DNA of 64,000 bases. Source: Actinomycetota bacterium. GTDB lineage: Bacteria; Actinomycetota; Geothermincolia; Geothermincolales; RBG-13-55-18. Below, in pieces: positions 60,637 to 64,000 of the stretch. Position 1 is the first letter of the stretch; each line of letters begins with the position of its first letter. Under the pieces are notes generated by a model. The model worked only from the letters and a program-made list of their open reading frames with translations. It was not told the DNA's origin and made no database searches. The translations under genes and the position numbers were made by a program. The DNA lies in NCBI GenBank assembly GCA_013178005.1, contig JABLXL010000030.1, forward strand, positions 126 through 64,125, read 5' to 3'.

Positions 60637-60900
60637 CGACCCTCCCCGCTCCGGCTTGTCCGCTTTACTCGTCCTCGATATATATGCCCGGGAGGAGGAG
60701 AATGTAATCCCGCCGGCCGGACTGCCGGCCTTCAGGCCGATGGCGAGCCCTGACCCTGAGGCCTGATTGACCCTCCCCGCTCCGGCTTGTCCGCTTTACT
60801 CGTCCTCGATATATATGCCCGGGAGGAGGAGAATGTAATCCCGCCGGCAGGACTGCCGGCCTTCAGGCCGAAGGCCAGCCCTTGCCCCTCGGCCCTAACC
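60637..60900. repeat. Two tandem ~132-bp copies of the promoter/5'-leader region of the CrtC-like gene. Each carries TTACAT-17-TATATA (minus strand) and a GGAGGAGGAG Shine-Dalgarno tract.
   Basis: gaccctccccgctccggcttgtccgctttactcgtcctcgatatatatgcccgggaggaggagaatgtaatcccgccggc.ggactgccggccttcaggccga occurs at 60637 and 60769. Confidence 0.85.
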
Positions 60901-61158
60901 CCTCGGCCTGAACGGCGGAATACCTGGATAACAAGGGAAGATCCTCAAACACCGACCTCGACATGCACGACCATGAGGAGGAGAATGAGAGGAAAAGGTG
61001 GGGCCGTATCTTCACCTTTGGCTCGCTTCGCTACAAGCGGGCAGGGCGTGTCCGGGCGCGGCGGGAAGCGCGATTCTCCGGAGGGTGATCGGGAGAGCGC
61101 GCTCGACAGGCGGCGGGCGAGGCATAGGGGTAAACCGGGCGGGAAAGGGGTGAGATGA

Positions 61159-62106
61159 ATGGCCGGGACAAGCGTGGCGGAGCTGCTGGCCTTGAAGTGG
61201 AGGGAACACGAGGGCAACCCACTCATCGCGCCTCCCTTCCCCTCCCCCATCATCGCCGACCCCACCTTCCTCCCCCCGGAGGATACCCCGGACGGGCTCT
61301 GGCACCTCTTCGCCCACTCCATCCTGGGCATCCACCACTTTACCTCCCGTGACGGACTGGCCTGGGAGAAACTTCCCGGGGCGGTCTGCCGCGCCAGCCT
61401 GCGCGCGTTTCTGCTCCGTCAGGGCGGCGCCTACCACCTCTTCTACGAACGCTTCCTGCGCCTCTTCCCCTTCACCTACCGCTCGCGCCTGGAGGTCCGG
61501 TCCTCGCGCGACCTCTTCTCCTGGAGCAGGCCGAGCGCGGTCCTCGAGCCCAGCCTGGCCTGGCACCGCGAGGGCTGCGCGGGGGCGGTGAGCAACCCCT
61601 GCGTGGTGGAGGAGGAGGGCGGTTTCCGCCTCTATTACAGCGCCGGCCTGGTCTACCTGAGGGACTGCCGCTTCTCGGAGCCCAAGTACATCGGCGTCGC
61701 CTTCGCCCGCGACACCACGGGTCCCTACCGGCCCGCGCCGGAACCCGCCTTGCAGCCCGCCGCGGGGGACGCTTACGCCAACATGGGAGCGGGGGCGGTC
61801 AAGGTGCTGCGCCTCGAGGACGGGTACGTGGGCTTCCAGAACGGCATCTACTGGGACCCCGAACGCGCCCGCTCCCGCTCCGCCATCCGCCTGGTCGCCT
61901 CCGGGGACGGCCTGGAGTGGAATATCCTGGAAAGAGAACCCGTGCTCAAGCCGGGGTCGGGGTGGAAAAAAGCCTTCGTCTACGCCCTGGACGTGCGCCG
62001 GGCGGGCGGCCGCTTTCACCTCTACTTCAACGCCCGGGACGGCTGGCTCACGGGACGGGAGAACATCGGCCTCGCCCTGGGCGAGCCCGTCCCCTCGCCA
62101 TCCTGA
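61159..62106 (+). CDS. Beta-propeller glycosidase-like protein (GH43/GH130-like five-bladed propeller superfamily)
   Basis: Repeated blade signatures (…GNPLIAP…, …YHLFYE…, …FRLYYSA…, …RFHLYFNARD…). Tentative. Confidence 0.4.
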   Translation: MAGTSVAELLALKWREHEGNPLIAPPFPSPIIADPTFLPPEDTPDGLWHLFAHSILGIHHFTSRDGLAWEKLPGAVCRASLRAFLLRQGGAYHLFYERFLRLFPFTYRSRLEVRSSRDLFSWSRPSAVLEPSLAWHREGCAGAVSNPCVVEEEGGFRLYYSAGLVYLRDCRFSEPKYIGVAFARDTTGPYRPAPEPALQPAAGDAYANMGAGAVKVLRLEDGYVGFQNGIYWDPERARSRSAIRLVASGDGLEWNILEREPVLKPGSGWKKAFVYALDVRRAGGRFHLYFNARDGWLTGRENIGLALGEPVPSPS

Positions 62107-62357
62107 GCCGCAGCCGGGGCGACGCCGGTGCGAAGGGTCGGGACCGGGCGCCGTGCTGTGGGCGAGGCGACCCGGCGCGCGTCCCGCCGTCGATCGCCAT
62201 CGTCTGATCGCCAGTGATGAGATCCCTGTCTGGATTCCGCGAAAGGAGAGTTAAATCCCAGCGACCGTTTTTCGATAAATATATACGAATATATACGCAC
62301 CGCCGCATTGCCGCGGTAGTTGAGCAAAGAGGCAAGAGAAACAAGGGGGGATGGAAA

Positions 62358-62954
62358 ATGACCGGGGATGCCGCCCTTCCGCAAGATCTCATGGGCGCCT
62401 TGCGCGAAAGCTACACCAAGTTCAAGAGGAGGCAACTGGTGGCCTCTTTCTTCCTGCTCGCGGTCGGGGCAGCCATGCTCACCGGCGGACTGACCGCATC
62501 CCCGGGGGATGGGAGCGAAAAAGGGTTGGACGCGGTCACCTTCCTCAGGTACTGCGGGGCGACCTTCATCCTGCTATGGTTGTTGTCCGTCTTTCTCATC
62601 ACGCGAAATGCCTCGCTCAGAAGAAAAGCGGTGGAGTCGATGGAACGAGATCCATCCTCACTGGTCTGGTTCTTTTTGGAGGATATCGCGATGTTCGGCA
62701 CGGGGGCGGTGAAGTTGGCGCTGCGGCCCCACTTCAACCTCGCCGACGGGACCCACGCCTGGTTCCAGGTGGACAAGAAAACGGCTAGGAAAATACTCGA
62801 GTACCTGGCGGAGAATCGCGCCGATATATCCCTCGGCTACGGCACAGAGCTGAGGAAACGTTTTCGCAAGGACCCGCGCAGCCTGGCATCGGCGCCCACG
62901 CGGTCAGAGGAGATGCTGCGAAGACGCCTGACTTTCCTCTACAGGAACTATTGA
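62358..62954 (+). CDS. Hypothetical membrane protein (two predicted TM helices)
   Basis: The start is at MTGDAALPQ, with AAGGGGGG 8 nt upstream. Hydrophobic segments are LVASFFLLAVGAAMLTGGL and ATFILLWLLSVFLI. An AT-rich promoter-like stretch lies upstream. Confidence 0.5.
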   Translation: MTGDAALPQDLMGALRESYTKFKRRQLVASFFLLAVGAAMLTGGLTASPGDGSEKGLDAVTFLRYCGATFILLWLLSVFLITRNASLRRKAVESMERDPSSLVWFFLEDIAMFGTGAVKLALRPHFNLADGTHAWFQVDKKTARKILEYLAENRADISLGYGTELRKRFRKDPRSLASAPTRSEEMLRRRLTFLYRNY

Positions 62955-63059
62955 TGCTCCCGCTGCGACGCGTTGCTGAACCGCCTCTACGCACCTGGTA
63001 ATCTATTCTTTAGAGGTCCTGGTCGAGACGTCACGGCGCGAGAAGGGGAGGTGCGCGGC

Positions 63060-63911
63060 ATGGGCTTTTTCACCGGCAAGACGGCCATCGTGACCGGCGC
63101 GGGCTCGGGCATAGGCAGGGCGCTGGCGCTGGCGCTGGCGGACGCGGGATGCGCCGTGGCTATCACCGATATCGTGCAGGAGCGCCTGGACTCCGTCCTC
63201 CGGGAGCTGGAGTCCAAGGGAACCAGGGCGGGCGGGTACCGCGTCGACCACTCCCGCCGCGAGGAGGTGGAGGCCTTCGCCGCCCGTTTCTTCCAGGAAT
63301 GGGGACGCGTGGACATCCTGTGCAGCAACGCCGGCGTGGGACACGGCGGCTGGTATACGGAGATGCCGCTGGAGGACTGGGAATGGGTGCTGGGCATCAA
63401 CCTCTGGGGCGCGATCTACATGATGCACTACTTCGTCCCCAGGATGATCGAGCAAGGCGGCGGCTCCATCCTGCTCACGGCGAGCGACGCGGGGCTGGTG
63501 GCCATGCCCGGGATGACCGCCTACAACGCCAGCAAGTACGCCGTGGTGGGCATGGGAGAGACCCTGCGCATCGAGCTGAGCGAGCACAACATCAGGGTGA
63601 GCCTGCTCTGCCCCGGCGACATCGACACCAACATCATCCGCGACGGGAAGGTCTATCTCTATGACCGGAAGGGGCGTAGTGCCAAGCCCGAGATCGAGAA
63701 ATACTACCGCACCCGCGGCGTCCCCCCCGAGGTGGTGGCGGAGGCGGCCCTGCGCGGGCTGGAGCGCGACCGCGCGGTGATCGTGGTGCCATGGATACAC
63801 CACGGGCCCCTCATCCTGCTGCGCCGCATCTCTCCCCAGCTCTATCACGCCTTGATGCGCTTCGCCCTCAGGAAGGGCATCGTGCACAAGATGTTCGGCA
63901 TCCAGCGTTGA
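63060..63911 (+). CDS. Short-chain dehydrogenase/reductase (SDR) family oxidoreductase
   Basis: TGAGSGIGRALA cofactor-binding motif, catalytic YNASKYAV (YxxxK). The start is at MGFFTGK. Confidence 0.85.
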   Translation: MGFFTGKTAIVTGAGSGIGRALALALADAGCAVAITDIVQERLDSVLRELESKGTRAGGYRVDHSRREEVEAFAARFFQEWGRVDILCSNAGVGHGGWYTEMPLEDWEWVLGINLWGAIYMMHYFVPRMIEQGGGSILLTASDAGLVAMPGMTAYNASKYAVVGMGETLRIELSEHNIRVSLLCPGDIDTNIIRDGKVYLYDRKGRSAKPEIEKYYRTRGVPPEVVAEAALRGLERDRAVIVVPWIHHGPLILLRRISPQLYHALMRFALRKGIVHKMFGIQR

Positions 63912-64000
63912 TCCGTCACGCAACACTCCGGAGATCGGGCTGGAAACGTGGCCACCGGCGTCCCCAGTCGCGGACAGCCTCCAGCACGAAGCCAGCCCGA

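Overview
This is a roughly 64 kb, high-GC (about 65%) bacterial chromosomal segment. Most of it is housekeeping genes, chiefly on the minus strand. There is a complete archaeal/Thermus-type A/V-ATPase operon (subunits G/H-I-K-E-C-F-A-B-D, 18762 down to 9909), the cell-shape cluster mreB-mreC-mreD-mrdA(PBP2)-rodA, ndk-folC-valS, era, mgtE, deoC, uppS-recO, corA and uvdE. There is also a conspicuous K+ transport island (19.2-28.9 kb) with five TrkA-type genes (one a tandem double), one trkH, a P-type cation ATPase and an unannotated 53-codon membrane ORF. I found no transposase, integrase, CRISPR array, rRNA or tRNA. The unusual content lies in the intergenic regions and in a few accessory genes. 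(a) Three separate tandem arrays and duplications of about 117-135 bp units, plus a solo copy, sit in intergenic regions (6.6 kb, 49.9 kb, 60.7 kb, 2.0 kb); the 6.6 kb and 49.9 kb units contain internal hairpins. (b) The first 0.4 kb of the window is an inverted paralogous copy of 6.96-7.38 kb, the 3' end of a frameshifted glycosidase-like (glutaminase-A-family) gene. The two copies flank a segment carrying a GAF-GAF-PAS-PP2C sensor phosphatase and an F390-synthetase/PaaK-type adenylate-forming enzyme. (c) A previously unassigned tandem repeat module of about 105 aa (W[YF]LAEG[YS]TG...QNP...ERAMY) is fused to two different enzymatic heads, 5 copies in the first CDS and 3 copies in a 5'-nucleotidase. 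(d) An acyl carrier protein gene lies directly upstream of two paralogous DUF2229/HgdB-like genes and behind an ECF sigma/anti-sigma pair, with no activase ATPase in sight. (e) A 780 bp non-coding gap between recO and deoC carries a near-consensus sigma70 promoter and may encode an RNA. Other small items are a Cys-rich 79-aa ORF with a perfect SD upstream of uppS, a perfect 45-bp duplication of the ndk 3' end, and duplicated promoter-like motifs. All calls rest on reading the six-frame translations and the raw sequence. No database searches were possible, so family names are my recognition of motifs and should be confirmed.
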